A DNA stretch of 64,000 nucleotides from an uncultured Planctomycetota bacterium (GCA_963737655.1 CAVTTN010000002.1:7488001-7552000), one strand, 5' to 3'; numbered from the stretch's first letter, positions 39,501-50,442 are shown. Notes: generated by a model not told the origin, from the sequence alone. Numbers and translations: made by a program.

Positions 39501-41314
39501 GTCTTGAATGGCCTCTCTCCCTGCCTCGTCCGGGCGACGAGCTGGGTGAAGGAGTTGATCGTCGTGTACAGCCCGAGGAAGCGTTCCAGGAGGCTGGCGA
39601 ACAGGTAGGTCCCGGAGCCGAGGTATTTCTGCTCGTCGAGCTCGACGGAGACCTCCACCCCCCGGCAAAATCCGCTGGCGGCGCCGGAGCCGGTCCAGCC
39701 GACGACCGGGCGGGTCGAGAGGCCGACGATCCCGTCGATCAACTGCCGGCTGACCGCCGCGCCCTGTTCGCCCTGCTCGGGGTCGGAGAAGTCGTAGAGC
39801 CGGAGGATCTCCTGGAAGGCCTGGCGGCCGGCCTCGGGGTCGGACAGGCTCAGGTGGTTGAGGCTCAGGTGCGAGATCAGCCGCCAGTACGCCCCTCGCC
39901 GCGCCGGCGGCCGTTGCGTGATCGTGGGCATCCTCAGGCAGCGGATGCGGGACAGCGGGGCCGATTCCTCCAGGGAGAACGACAGCCGATCGCCGGCCGA
40001 TTGCAGCCTCGCCGGCAGGTCGCGGTTGGTGCAGGTCGTCCGGACCACCAGAGTGGACTCGGCGGGGAGCCTGGGATTGAACCCCAGGTCCACCAGGGTC
40101 AGATACACCTCGGTCCCCCGGTCGGACTCGTCGAACGACGGCCGCCTCGAGGCGATCCAGTAGGCCCGTCGGCCCGAGTCGGCCGAGCCGTGGCGGAACG
40201 AGTAGAACGGCTGGTACTCGGTCTGGGACCGCGACGCCGGATCGATCCCGATGACCTGATCGATCGAGTAGACCTCGTGCCCCGCCTGCGCGGTGACCTC
40301 CGGCAAAACGCGGTATTCCAGCTTCGCGTGGGTCAACGGGATCGGCTCGGCCGTCTTCTCGAACAGGTTCACCACCGGCGCGCAGCCGAGCCGGAACGTC
40401 TCGGCCGAGACCGATTGCTCCAGGTTCGAGGCGGCTCGGTTCAGATAGATGATCACGTCCATCGTCTTGCCGGGGCCCGACCGGCACGCCGGTCCCAGGC
40501 CCTTCAGGTCGGCGAACTGGAACTTGGACGGGAAGGCGAAGAACTCGGTCAGCAGGCGGTAGCCGAGGAACGAGTGGGACGGGTAGGGGAGCAGGCCCTC
40601 GTCCCGCTCGAACCCCACCTGGCCAAATGCCTCGTCGCCATCCAGGATGATCGGGGGCGCATCGACGCCCCGGACCTTCAGGGTCACGCACATCACCGAA
40701 TTGAACAGGGATTCATACAGGGAGGCGGCCATCGCCCCTTCGCCCAGGAGGAAGAAGCGGAGGGTCTCCAGGCTGAGTTCGTGGAAGCCCATCCCGGCCT
40801 TGCAGTCGAGCTGGAGCCGGATCGCGGCGGCGGCCCGGGGCGGGGGGTCCAGGCCCGGCGGGAAGGGCGGGGTCAGGTAGCGGGCCGACGCCACCTGGAT
40901 CGGCCACAGTATCACGTCATGACCCGTCCGGAACTTGCACGGCACGTCCTGGACCGGAGGGCTGGCGATCCGGCTCCCCCGGGGGATCTTGAAGCCGTCG
41001 GGGAGTTGGCCCCGGTCGAAGTCCAGGTCGAACTGGACGATCGCCATCGAGGGGATCGGCGCGAGGTAGTGCGGATAGAGGACGCCGAGGAGGGCGTCGG
41101 TCAGCTCGGGGAACTCGTCGTCGAGCTTCTTGTGGATCCGCCCGGCGAGCAGGGCGAATGACTCGATCAGGCGCTCGACGTGGGGGTCGATGCTCCGGTT
41201 CGGCTCCAGGAGCAGCCGCCCGGCCGCGGCCGGGTATTGCCGGGCAAACTCCTGGGAGAGCTGTCGGATGAAGATCAGCTCGCGCTCGTAATATCCGTAC
41301 AGTGCTTCGCTCAT
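39464..41314 (-). CDS. tssF: Type VI secretion baseplate subunit TssF
   Basis: YYEREL, DPHVERLIESFA, YPHYLAPIPS, GYRLLTEFFAFP, WRLISHLSLNHLSL, INSFTQL. Confidence 0.95.
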   Translation of the reverse strand: MSEALYGYYERELIFIRQLSQEFARQYPAAAGRLLLEPNRSIDPHVERLIESFALLAGRIHKKLDDEFPELTDALLGVLYPHYLAPIPSMAIVQFDLDFDRGQLPDGFKIPRGSRIASPPVQDVPCKFRTGHDVILWPIQVASARYLTPPFPPGLDPPPRAAAAIRLQLDCKAGMGFHELSLETLRFFLLGEGAMAASLYESLFNSVMCVTLKVRGVDAPPIILDGDEAFGQVGFERDEGLLPYPSHSFLGYRLLTEFFAFPSKFQFADLKGLGPACRSGPGKTMDVIIYLNRAASNLEQSVSAETFRLGCAPVVNLFEKTAEPIPLTHAKLEYRVLPEVTAQAGHEVYSIDQVIGIDPASRSQTEYQPFYSFRHGSADSGRRAYWIASRRPSFDESDRGTEVYLTLVDLGFNPRLPAESTLVVRTTCTNRDLPARLQSAGDRLSFSLEESAPLSRIRCLRMPTITQRPPARRGAYWRLISHLSLNHLSLSDPEAGRQAFQEILRLYDFSDPEQGEQGAAVSRQLIDGIVGLSTRPVVGWTGSGAASGFCRGVEVSVELDEQKYLGSGTYLFASLLERFLGLYTTINSFTQLVARTRQGERPFKTWAPRAGEQPLI

Positions 41315-41387
41315 CGAGAGCCGTCCCGGATCGGGGCCTGCCGTGCCCGAGGCCGTTCCATCTTATCACGGACCGACGATCGGCGCG

Positions 41388-41871
41388 TCATTCCTCGGCC
41401 GTGGCGATCGTGGCCCGGCCGGTCGTCAGCTCCAGGACCGTGTCGAAGGCGACCTCGGGGCAGGGATCGACGGCGAGCCGGGCCTCGATGTGGAACCGGA
41501 CCCGGCGGAGGGTCATGTTCCCCCCCTCGATCATCGTCGCCTTCACGTCGCGGAGCCTCGGCTCGAACTTGCGGATGATCGACTCCAGGAGCCGGCAGAG
41601 ATCCTGCTTCTGCCGGGTCGCGACGAGCCTCCACCGAGGCGAGGTCCGGCATCCCGTAGGTCAGGACCGAATCGGGGGTGAAGACGAAGCCGGGCTCGAA
41701 GTCGTGCTTGGGCCGATGCGTGTTGAGCAGGTCTTCCAGGTCGCGACGGACCGCGTCCCGGACCTGCTCCAGGGTGTAGCCCCGGTTCCACGCCGTCCCC
41801 TCGGAATCCGAGTCGATCAGGCGATCGAGGATCGAGGGCATCAGCCCGTTCTGCGGCTCATCCCTGGGCAT
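41388..41871 (-). CDS. tssE: Type VI secretion baseplate subunit TssE (frameshift at ~41625)
   Basis: PSILDRLID, VRRDLEDLLNT, SVLTYGMPD, then in the shifted frame IRKFEPRLRDV...FHIEARL...VAFDTVLELTTG. Confidence 0.88.
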
Positions 41872-41946
41872 GGTCGGGCTCGGAGCTTGAGGAAAGGCGG
41901 GCGGGGCCGGCCTCGGAGGGGCCTGCGGGCGGGGGGCGTGCCCGCC

Positions 41947-42747
41947 TTACCCTTGGACTTCGGGCGTGGTGGGGATGAGCTCGCGGAGGTCCAGGAGCGC
42001 GATGGCGTCCTCGTCGAGGAGGAACAGGCGGGCCCCCACGCCGTGGACGGCGCCGCCCTCGGCCTCGATCCAGTCGGTCAGCCGGCCGAGCTTGGCGGCG
42101 TCGTCGGCGTGGGAGAACGTGCCGGGGTAGAGGTTGGGGAGGAACACGTCCCCGGCCTCCTCCTCCATCTCCAGCTTGGCGGGGAACCAGATCAGGTCGC
42201 GGGGGAACCGGGGCGGGGCCATCCCGAGTGAGACGACCTGCTCGACGGGCACCCAGAAATACGCGCCCTGGGCCATCACTTCCAGGAGGCTGCCGAAGAA
42301 GTCGTCGCAGTCCCGGAAGGAGGCGAAGGGGTTGCCGTTGAGGGTGCCGGAGACGGCGGGGTCGGCCTCGGCGGCCTCGACGAGCTTGGCGGCCATCTCG
42401 GCGGTCAGGCCCTGCCGGCGGCACTCCAGGGCTTCGATCCGCAGCTCGGCGTGGCGGGGGACGGGCCCGATGAACTTGGGCTTGTCGGCCGCCTCGAAGA
42501 CCTTGCGACGGGCCGCCTCGCTGTCCAGGAGCTTGCGGTAGGAGAGGGCGGCGAGGTCGAGGTCGGCGTCTCCGTAATGGATCGCGTCGAGCTGCTTGCG
42601 GGCCCGGTCGAGGTCGCCGGAGAAGGCGAGGAGCTCGAACAGGAAGAGGCGACGGTCCTGGTCGGTGGGGTGGGCCTTGACCTCGGCGGTCTGGGCCTCG
42701 ATGGCGGCCTTGAGGTCGCCGGCCTTGAACGATTCGGTCGCGGTCAC
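41947..42747 (-). CDS. tagJ: Type VI secretion accessory protein TagJ (ImpE/SciE)
   Basis: VKAHPTD..RRLFLFELLAFSGDLDRA, DCDDFFG..LE, YFWVP, RDLIW, KLGRLTDW. Confidence 0.88.
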   Translation of the reverse strand: MTATESFKAGDLKAAIEAQTAEVKAHPTDQDRRLFLFELLAFSGDLDRARKQLDAIHYGDADLDLAALSYRKLLDSEAARRKVFEAADKPKFIGPVPRHAELRIEALECRRQGLTAEMAAKLVEAAEADPAVSGTLNGNPFASFRDCDDFFGSLLEVMAQGAYFWVPVEQVVSLGMAPPRFPRDLIWFPAKLEMEEEAGDVFLPNLYPGTFSHADDAAKLGRLTDWIEAEGGAVHGVGARLFLLDEDAIALLDLRELIPTTPEVQG

Positions 42748-42844
42748 GGGAAGGCCCTCGGTCCGGAGCGGGTTCGGCCGGGTGGGAGGCAAGGGGCCCC
42801 CGGGGCGAGCGGCCCCGGGGTCCGAGACGGGGTCACTCGGCCGG

Positions 42845-43369
42845 TCAGGCCGCCGGCGGGGCGTTGGTGCGGACGTCGTAGGCCGCGTTGATCGCCGGCG
42901 TGATCGGCGTCCCGTCGGCCTTCTGCTGGGTGTAGGTGATGTTCACCTGGCCGAAGGCCATCGACAGCGATTCGGTCGGCGTGTCGTCGCCGCCCGAGGA
43001 CCCGCTCCACTGGATGCTCTCGATGTACACTTCCTTGAACGTGTAGAGCAGGTACTCCACCGGCTTGCCGCCGGCCTTCCTCATGACCACGTCCACCTGG
43101 GGGAAGTGGTCGCCGCCGGCGCAGGCCAGGAACAGCTTGGGCGAGGCCGAGTCGCTCTTCTTCATCACGTTGAACGAGGAAATCGACACCTTGCCGCCGC
43201 CGGTGCCGGTCGTCCCGGAGCCGATGGTGACCGGGTTGCTGGCCCCCCAGGAGAAGGAGTAGATCTCAAAGGCCGACTTCTTGCTGTAGGTCGCGTCGGT
43301 GCTCTCGCCCTTGACTTCCAGGCCGTTGGAGGACTTGCCGGTGAAATAGCAGAACGTGTCGAAAGCCAT
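42845..43369 (-). CDS. hcp: Type VI secretion tube protein Hcp (TssD)
   Basis: VKGEST, EIYSFSWG, KKSDSASPKLFLACAGG, PTESLSMAF. Confidence 0.93.
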   Translation of the reverse strand: MAFDTFCYFTGKSSNGLEVKGESTDATYSKKSAFEIYSFSWGASNPVTIGSGTTGTGGGKVSISSFNVMKKSDSASPKLFLACAGGDHFPQVDVVMRKAGGKPVEYLLYTFKEVYIESIQWSGSSGGDDTPTESLSMAFGQVNITYTQQKADGTPITPAINAAYDVRTNAPPAA

Positions 43370-43682
43370 GATCGACGATCTCCTGGAGAAAGGCAGCCGC
43401 GACCGCCCCGAGCGGGTCTGATTGAGTGCCAGGGATGCCTCGCCCGGGGCGGCCGGGTCGGCGAGACATCCGAGCGACGGAGACGAGATGGATGGCGACG
43501 CCGGGGGCGCCGCTCTCGGCCGGTTCGGTCGGCGGGCCCGCCCCGGACGACTCGGTCCGCGGGCGGGTCCTGGAGGGGCCGGGCGTCCGTCGCGTTGCCC
43601 TGCCCCCTCCGCTCTCTAGACGGCTGGAGCGGCGTTTCGTGACGATCGACCCGGCCTCTCTCCGGTTGGGGACGGTCGGGCC

Positions 43683-45167
43683 TCAGCCCTTCTTCGGCAC
43701 CTCGGCGACGAGCCTCATCGACGCCGAAAGCCCTTCGAGCTGGTAGTGCGGCTTCATGTACGCCACCGCCTCGAAGAACCCCGGCTTGCCGGCGACGGCC
43801 CGGACCTCGACCGTGGCCTCCGACAGCGGCTTCCTCGCCTTGATCGCGTCGCTCGCGCCGTTGGGGTCCACGCAGTACTGGCTGATCCAGTTGTTCAGCC
43901 AGTACGACAGGTCGGACACCTCGGCGAACGAGCCGATCTTGTCCCGGGCCATCACCTTCAGGTAGTGGGCGAACCGCGACGTGTTGAGGATCAGGTTGAA
44001 CTTCGACGACAGCTCGGCGTTCGAGTTGGCGATCGGGTCGAAGTACGTCTTGGGCTTCTGGCACGACTGCGCGCCCATGAACACCGCGAAGTCGTTCCCC
44101 TTGCTGTGGACCAGGGGCAGGAACCCGAGGTTGGAGAGCTCGAACTCGCGGCGGTCGGTGATGGCGATCTCGGTCGGGCACTTCATCGCCACGTCGCCGT
44201 CGTCGGTCGGGAAGGTGTGGACGGGCAGGCCCTCGACCTTGCCGCCGCCCTCGACGCCCCGGCTCCGGGCGAACCAGCCGTACTGGGCGAAGGCGTCGGT
44301 CATCCTCGTGGCGTAGGCCCAGGCGGCGCCCATCCAGCCGTAGCTGTTGTGGTCGGTGCCGTCGACCGTCTCCTCGAAGTTGAACTCCTCGATCGTCTTG
44401 AAGTTGGGCCCGTAGGGCAGCCGCGACAGGACCCGGGGCATCGCCAGGGAGACGTACCGCGAGTCCTCGCTCTCCCGGAAGCTCTTCCACGCCGCGTATT
44501 CGACCGAGTCGAAGACCTTGGCGAGGTCTCGCGGGGCGGAGAGCTCGGTATAGCTCTCCATGTTGAACATCTTGGGCGAGACGTTCGAGACGAACGGCGC
44601 GTGCGAGGCCGCCGCGACGTTGGAGATCATCTTCAGGAGGCTGATGTCCTCGGCCGAGCGGCCGAACTCGTAGTCGCCCACGAGCATCCCGTACGGCTGG
44701 CCGCCGAGCTGGCCGTACTCCTCCTCGTAGATCTTCTTGAACAGGCTGGACTGATCGAACTCGGCGGCGCGCTCCAGGTCCTTGAACAGCTCCTTCTTGG
44801 AGACGTTCAGGACGCGGATCTTGAGGCTCTCGCCGGTCTCCGACTGGTGGACGAGGTAATGCAGGCCCCTCCAGGTCGATTCCAGCTTCTGGAACGCCGG
44901 GTCGTGCATGACTTCGTTGAGCTGTGCCGAGAGGGTCTGGTCGATCTTGGAGACCCAGTGCTTGATCGAGCTCTCGACGTCCTTGGAGACCTTCTGGCCG
45001 GGCTTGACCAGCTCGCCGAGGAACTGCTTGAAGTAGTCCTTGGCGCGTTCGGCCTCGGCTTCGGACTGGGGCCGGGTGGCGGAGATGACCTGATCCAGGA
45101 GATTGGGGGCTTCGGCGTCCTGCGCCTCGGCGGCGGCGGCCCCTGCGGTCTGTTCGGCGGTGCTCAT
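43683..45167 (-). CDS. tssC: Type VI secretion contractile sheath large subunit TssC
   Basis: FQKLESTWRGL, IYEEEYGQLGG, RLPYG, KCPTEIAITDRRE, SRFAHYLKVMARDKIGS. Confidence 0.96.
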   Translation of the reverse strand: MSTAEQTAGAAAAEAQDAEAPNLLDQVISATRPQSEAEAERAKDYFKQFLGELVKPGQKVSKDVESSIKHWVSKIDQTLSAQLNEVMHDPAFQKLESTWRGLHYLVHQSETGESLKIRVLNVSKKELFKDLERAAEFDQSSLFKKIYEEEYGQLGGQPYGMLVGDYEFGRSAEDISLLKMISNVAAASHAPFVSNVSPKMFNMESYTELSAPRDLAKVFDSVEYAAWKSFRESEDSRYVSLAMPRVLSRLPYGPNFKTIEEFNFEETVDGTDHNSYGWMGAAWAYATRMTDAFAQYGWFARSRGVEGGGKVEGLPVHTFPTDDGDVAMKCPTEIAITDRREFELSNLGFLPLVHSKGNDFAVFMGAQSCQKPKTYFDPIANSNAELSSKFNLILNTSRFAHYLKVMARDKIGSFAEVSDLSYWLNNWISQYCVDPNGASDAIKARKPLSEATVEVRAVAGKPGFFEAVAYMKPHYQLEGLSASMRLVAEVPKKG

Positions 45168-45173
45168 GAGGGA

Positions 45174-45692
45174 TCAGGCCTCCGTCGCGGGGGTTTCGGT
45201 TTCGATGCCCATCTGCTTCGCCAGCTCCTTGGCCTTGTCCGTGTTCTGGAGGATCTCGGCGAGCTTCTCTTCGAGCTTGTCGTTGCCTTCCATCTTGGAC
45301 AGGAGCTGCTGGAGGTTGAACCTCATGTCCATCAGCTCCTTGAGGGCGGGGATCTGGGCGGCGACCTTGGCCGGCTCGAAGTCGTCCATGCTCTTGAAGT
45401 TGAGCTCGACGCCGATCTTCGAGTCGTCGTTCTGGATCTTGTTATCGACGCGAGTGGTGATCCTCGGAGCGGCCTTGGCCAGGACGTCGTTGAAGTTGTC
45501 GCGGTCGATCGAGACGACCTTGCGCTCCTTCAACGGACGGAGGGGGTCCTTCGGCTGCCCGGAGAGGTCGGCCAGGACGCCGACGACGAACGGGAGCTCG
45601 ACCTTCTGCAAGGCCCCGTTGGTCTCCACGTCGTAGGTAATCTGGACGCGGGGCCGGCGGACCCGGTCCAGCTTGTGCTGCATGCTCGACAT
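45174..45692 (-). CDS. tssB: Type VI secretion contractile sheath small subunit TssB
   Basis: RPRVQITYDVE, ELPFVVGVLADLSG, IDRDNFN, FKSMDDFEP. Confidence 0.96.
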   Translation of the reverse strand: MSSMQHKLDRVRRPRVQITYDVETNGALQKVELPFVVGVLADLSGQPKDPLRPLKERKVVSIDRDNFNDVLAKAAPRITTRVDNKIQNDDSKIGVELNFKSMDDFEPAKVAAQIPALKELMDMRFNLQQLLSKMEGNDKLEEKLAEILQNTDKAKELAKQMGIETETPATEA

Positions 45693-45913
45693 CGCAACCT
45701 CCCCGGGAAACGTGACATGGAACGGGTATCGGGGACGCCCGGTCAGGTCCCCGGTCCGGGGCCGCCTGCCCGGCGGCCCCAATTCATTCGGCGGCCGCGC
45801 TCGCATGGCCAGCCGGACCACCAATGGGTCGCGATCCTTCCAGGCCCCTGCGTTCTAAGCCAACCGGGCCGACAAGGCAAACGAAATGTTCGCGAGCGAC
45901 CATTTTCCGGACG

Positions 45914-46980
45914 TCAGGCCTCGGGCTCCTCGACCAGGGCCTTGATCCCCAAAGTCTTGGACATCTCTTCAAGGACCGTGGCCTCCTTGATCAGCTCCCT
46001 CATGAGTTGCGGGAAGCTCATCGCGCCGAGCTGGCAGGCCCTCTGGATCATGAAGGGGATCGGGCTGTGGGCTCGATCTTCTCGAGGACCGCGGCGGCCT
46101 CGGCCAGCCTCTGATACACCTGAACCCGGTTGGTCATCCGGCCGCCGCCTCCGCCGCCGCCGCCCCCCTCGGCGGCCTCGCCGCCGCCCTCCCCCTCGCC
46201 GACCTCCTCGCCGCCGGCCTCGACCGGCGCCGGCCCCTTGCGGTCGAGGATCTGCGAATTGAGGTTCCAGCATTCCTCGAGGGCGCCCCGGACGCTCGTC
46301 AGTCCGGGTGCGACGTAGCCCATCTTCTCGTTGAGGAGCGCCAGCAGGGCCGCCACGACCTCTCGGGCCTCGGCCAGGTCGTCCACGAGCGTCTGGAAGC
46401 GGTCGCGGGGGGTCTCCGACACCGCCTTGTCGAATTGCTCGGTGGTGACCTTGCCCTTGCCGCTCTGGATCTGCCGCCAGTCCTGGAAACTGAACGGCTC
46501 GCCCTCGATGAAGACGATCGGCACGCCCCGGATCGTGTTGGGGAAGCGGGCCCCGCGGTCCGGGTCGTCCAGCCAGTTGAAGGCGGCGGCGCGGGGCTCC
46601 ACGTCGCCGTCCTCGTCGATCTCCGGGCGGATCCGGTCCCAGCCGTTCTCGACCAGGGCCTTGAGGAACGCCAGGCCGTCGCGGACCCCGGCGTAGCCGT
46701 TCACCCGGGTGACGGCCTCGGTCAGCCGGGCGGCGAGCATGAGGTCCTTGGAGGTCTCGGTCAGCGCCTTGGTCGTCTGGCGGACGATCCCGGGCCAGTC
46801 GGCCTTCTTGTACTCGGTGGGTCGGGTCGGGTCGTCGGCCGGATAATCGTCCGGGTTGATCTCCTTCCTCGCGGTGTCCAGGGCCTCGCGGAGCGCGAAG
46901 GGGACGGACGATCCGGCCGGCTCGTCGCCGGGGATCGGGGCGGTCAGGGCATCAATGTCCAGCGAGGGAGGGGAGGGCAT
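45914..46980 (-). CDS. tssA: Type VI secretion protein TssA (frameshift at ~46070)
   Basis: ImpA N-terminus LTAPIPGDEPAG...ADW...SKDL; C-terminal EPHSPIPFMIQRA..LG. Confidence 0.88.
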
Positions 46981-47142
46981 GCCGTCCTCGGTGGGGGGCG
47001 GGACCAGGTTGCGGACTCGGGGCCGGGCCTGGGCGACATCGGCCCGGGGCCGGGGCGGCCCCGCCGGCCCTCAAGAGTATCCCACGGCGGCTCGGAAGCC
47101 AAATCCTTCCCCAAGAGACATTAGGGCTCGGGACGGTCGCGG

Positions 47143-48429
47143 TCAACGGCCCGGCCCGGAGTCTCGGAAGATTTGGGTCAAGCTCCGACGGCCGGTGCCC
47201 AGGCGGGCCGTCGGGGCCCGGGCCGGGGCCTGGGGACGCCCGGAGGAGATCGGCCGGACCGTCGGGGGCAGCGGCGGCTCGTCCGTCTCGTCCTCGGCGG
47301 GGGCCGCCGGGCTGGCCGCTCCCCTTGAAGCGGCCGGGTGGACCGTGGGATCGCCGCTCGGGGCCGACGATCCGTCTTCCAGGAAGATCGGCGCATTGGG
47401 AGGAGTCGCGGTCCCCGTCCCCGTCGCCGTCGCCGTCGCCGGGGCGGAGGCCCGGGGCGTCGCCGGCTCGGCGGTCCGGGCCCGGGCCAGGGCGTGGTAG
47501 ACGCTCCTCTGGCCCGTGTTCATCCTCGCCGCCAGCTCCGGGGCCGGGCCTCGCTTCGCCGCGGCGGAGGCAGTCTTCTTCGCCGACGCCACGACCTCCG
47601 CCAGCGTCCTCTCCTCGAGCTTCGAGTAATACGCCGTGAGGATCACCGAGGCCGAGGTCTTCGCCCCTCGGGCCCCGATCGGGTCGGGCACTTCCGCGGG
47701 CGATTCGGTCGGGGCCGGCGGGGTCGGCGGCAGCTTCACCTTGCAGAGGCACGAGTTCAGGGCCGTGAAGGCCGCCGAGCGGACCCGGGGCGAGGTCTCC
47801 GACGGATTGTCGTCGGCCTCCGAGCCCTCGACGACGATCTCCAGGGCGGCGATGGTCTTCTTGGTGCAGCAGCAGCCGCGGCCCAGGGCCAGGGCGGCCT
47901 CATAGCGGACGCATTCGTTGCGGTCGGCCCGCAGGCCGGCGATCAGGGCGGCCTCGGCGTCGGGCCAGTAGTGGCAATCGACGGTCCCGAGGTAGGCGAT
48001 CGCCGCGCGACGGGCCTTGGCGTCGGCCTCGTCGGCCTTGATCTTGGCGGCGACGGCCTCGGCGCCGTTGGGGCCTCCGGCCGCCGAGAGGGCGGCGATG
48101 TCGGCGGCGCTGGGCACCGTCGGGCAGCACTGGGGGATCAGGCCGCCGGAGAGCGCCCTCATCGGCGCCATGCCGTTGTTGAGCAAGGCCCCGAGCTGCG
48201 ACTTGCAGATCTTGTCCTTGCAGGCGGCGCAGTTGGCCTTGGTGATCCCGAAGAGGCCGAAGATCGTCCTGGGGGCCGCGGCCACCGGCGCGGCGGCGAC
48301 CGGGACGGCGGTCGCCGCGCCTCCCACCGGGGCCGCGGCGCCGGGGATTCCCGGGATCTGCGCCCGGGCCGAGGCCGCGAACAAGAAGGCCGCCACCATC
48401 GCCGCGCCAATCGCCTTGCCGCTTCTCAT
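47143..48429 (-). CDS. Secreted Cys-rich protein with a HEAT-like repeat and a Pro-rich tail
   Basis: Signal peptide ending ARA-Q; CAACKDKIC, CCPT, DCHYW, GCCCTKK; HEAT-like ALIAGLRADRNECVRYEAALALG. Confidence 0.75.
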   Translation of the reverse strand: MRSGKAIGAAMVAAFLFAASARAQIPGIPGAAAPVGGAATAVPVAAAPVAAAPRTIFGLFGITKANCAACKDKICKSQLGALLNNGMAPMRALSGGLIPQCCPTVPSAADIAALSAAGGPNGAEAVAAKIKADEADAKARRAAIAYLGTVDCHYWPDAEAALIAGLRADRNECVRYEAALALGRGCCCTKKTIAALEIVVEGSEADDNPSETSPRVRSAAFTALNSCLCKVKLPPTPPAPTESPAEVPDPIGARGAKTSASVILTAYYSKLEERTLAEVVASAKKTASAAAKRGPAPELAARMNTGQRSVYHALARARTAEPATPRASAPATATATGTGTATPPNAPIFLEDGSSAPSGDPTVHPAASRGAASPAAPAEDETDEPPLPPTVRPISSGRPQAPARAPTARLGTGRRSLTQIFRDSGPGR

Positions 48430-48679
48430 GCGTCCGCCTCCGCGAAACGTTCGGGCCGTGGCACGCGAGGTCGCCCGGCGAGCCCGCCTTGTCGTCTATC
48501 GGGTCAGGGCCGAACGGCCTTGAGAGGATTTGCCGGTCGTGCCGGTCGCAGGGCGTGTCGGTCAAGGTCACCCGTTCCTCTTGGCTTTTTCGGCGGATCG
48601 GCGTATAACCCGCCCGCCCCGCGCCGCCGGGCCCCGCCTGGGGGCCGCCGCCGGGGCCGTCGCCACGGAGGGCGAACGC

Positions 48680-50442
48680 GTGGACCGGACCCCGGTCGAA
48701 CATCGACGACGGGCCACGGCCCGAGGAGCCTCGCTCCTCGCGGTCCTCGTGGCGCTGGCGGTCGGCGGGTGCTCGACGCCCGCCGCCTCGCGATCGTCGT
48801 ATCGACCGATCCTCGATGAGCCTCCGGCCGAGTCGCTCGCCCCCGAGCCGTCGCCGGCCCTGGCCGTCGGCGCCGAGGCGGAGCGGGTCCGCGTCCGCAA
48901 CGAATCGCGGCCGGCTCCGCCCGCGTCGAAGCCGTCGCCCGCTCCGTCCGCCCCGCCTGGGCCGTCGATCCTCGACGAGCCGCCTCTTCCTCCCCCCGAC
49001 CCCTCGGGCCGTCCCCGAGCTTCGACCGTCGATCCCGCCCCTCGGCCCCGGCCCCGTCGCCCTCGGTGCCGATCCGCCCGAAGGCCGTCCCCTCGGAATC
49101 GGCCGCCGAGAGGGACCGCGTTTTGCGAACGCCCCACGAGTTCATCGCCTCCGAGGAACGGCCCCGGACCGATCGAATCGCCGCCCCTCGGCCGAGATGG
49201 ACGCTCGCCGAGGTCGTCCTGCCGGTCGATCCTGATCCGCCTCCACCTCCTCCGACGGCGCCGATCGCGGAGGAGCCCGAGGAACGGACGGGAGCCGAGC
49301 CGGGCGCGCCTCCGAAGAGTGAGGGACGTGACGAATCGGTCCTCGAAGCCGCCTGCCCGACGTGCGGCGGATCGGGACGGACCTTCGACACCGATCGGGC
49401 CGAGATCGGCACGTGTGCCTCGTGCGGAGGGGGCGGCCGCTGCAGCCCGGGGCGGGCGGATTGCCCGCCGATCGTCGCGAAAACCTTCGCCGGGCGGTTC
49501 GCCGCCGAACTTTATCAGTGCCTCTGCTGCCCCGATCCCTGCTACGAGCCGAGCTGGGTGCCCCAGGCCAACGCCGCGTTCTTCCAGGACTTCGCCCGCC
49601 CTCGGACCATCACCCGGTTCCGCTACGATCGCGACAACGACCTGATGTTCCCCGACCGCTCCGAATACTTCTGGGCCCGGGAATCGCTGAATTCCCCCTA
49701 TCCGCAGGGCGGCAAGGGGCCGAAGCAGCCCAAGGCGTTCCCCGCCCACCCGAAGCCCGGCTATCACGGGCCGACGATCGCGCCCAAGGGTGAGCGAAGC
49801 CTCAACTACGACGAGCTCTCACTCTACACCGAGGCCGCCGCCGGCAACGCGAGCTTCTTCGTCGAGGTCCCGTACCTCTCCACGAACCCCTATTACACGG
49901 GCCATCACGCCGGGTTCGCGAACATGAACCTGGGGACGAAATCGGTCCTCTTCGACTGCGAACTGCTCCAGATCACCTTCCAGTTCCGCACCTACCTGCC
50001 GACGGGGAACGCCGTCGAGGGGCTGGGAAACGGCCACGTCTCGCTGGAGCCGTCCCTGCTGATGGCGCTGCGGCTCGCGCCCGATTGGTACCTCCAGGGG
50101 CAGGTCGCCGAGTGGATTCCCCTGGGAGGGGACCAGAATTACGCCGGTTCCTTGATCCACTATCACACCAGCCTGAACGGAGTCCTCGGCCGGATCGCGC
50201 CGAACTCGCCATTGATCGGCACCTTCGAATTCAACGGCTGGTCGTTCCAGGACGGGGCGTACACCGACCCGGTCCTCGGCCCGTTCCGCAAGTCGAGCGG
50301 ATCGACGTATGCGAACCTCGGTCCGGGCCTGCGGATGGTCCTGTGCGACAAGGTCGATTTCGGGGTCGCCGCGGCCTTCGCGCTGACCGATCCCCACTGG
50401 GCCAGCTCGTTCATCCGGGCCGAGTTCCGGGTCCTCTACTGA
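48680..50442 (+). CDS. Putative lipoprotein with a Pro-rich linker, Cys-rich segment and C-terminal outer-membrane beta-barrel-like domain (frameshift at ~49040)
   Basis: GGAGG RBS plus GTG; lipobox AVGGC; CPTC, CASC, CLCCPDPC; alternating beta pattern, YLPTGN...GLGNGH, terminal RAEFRVLY. Confidence 0.68.
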
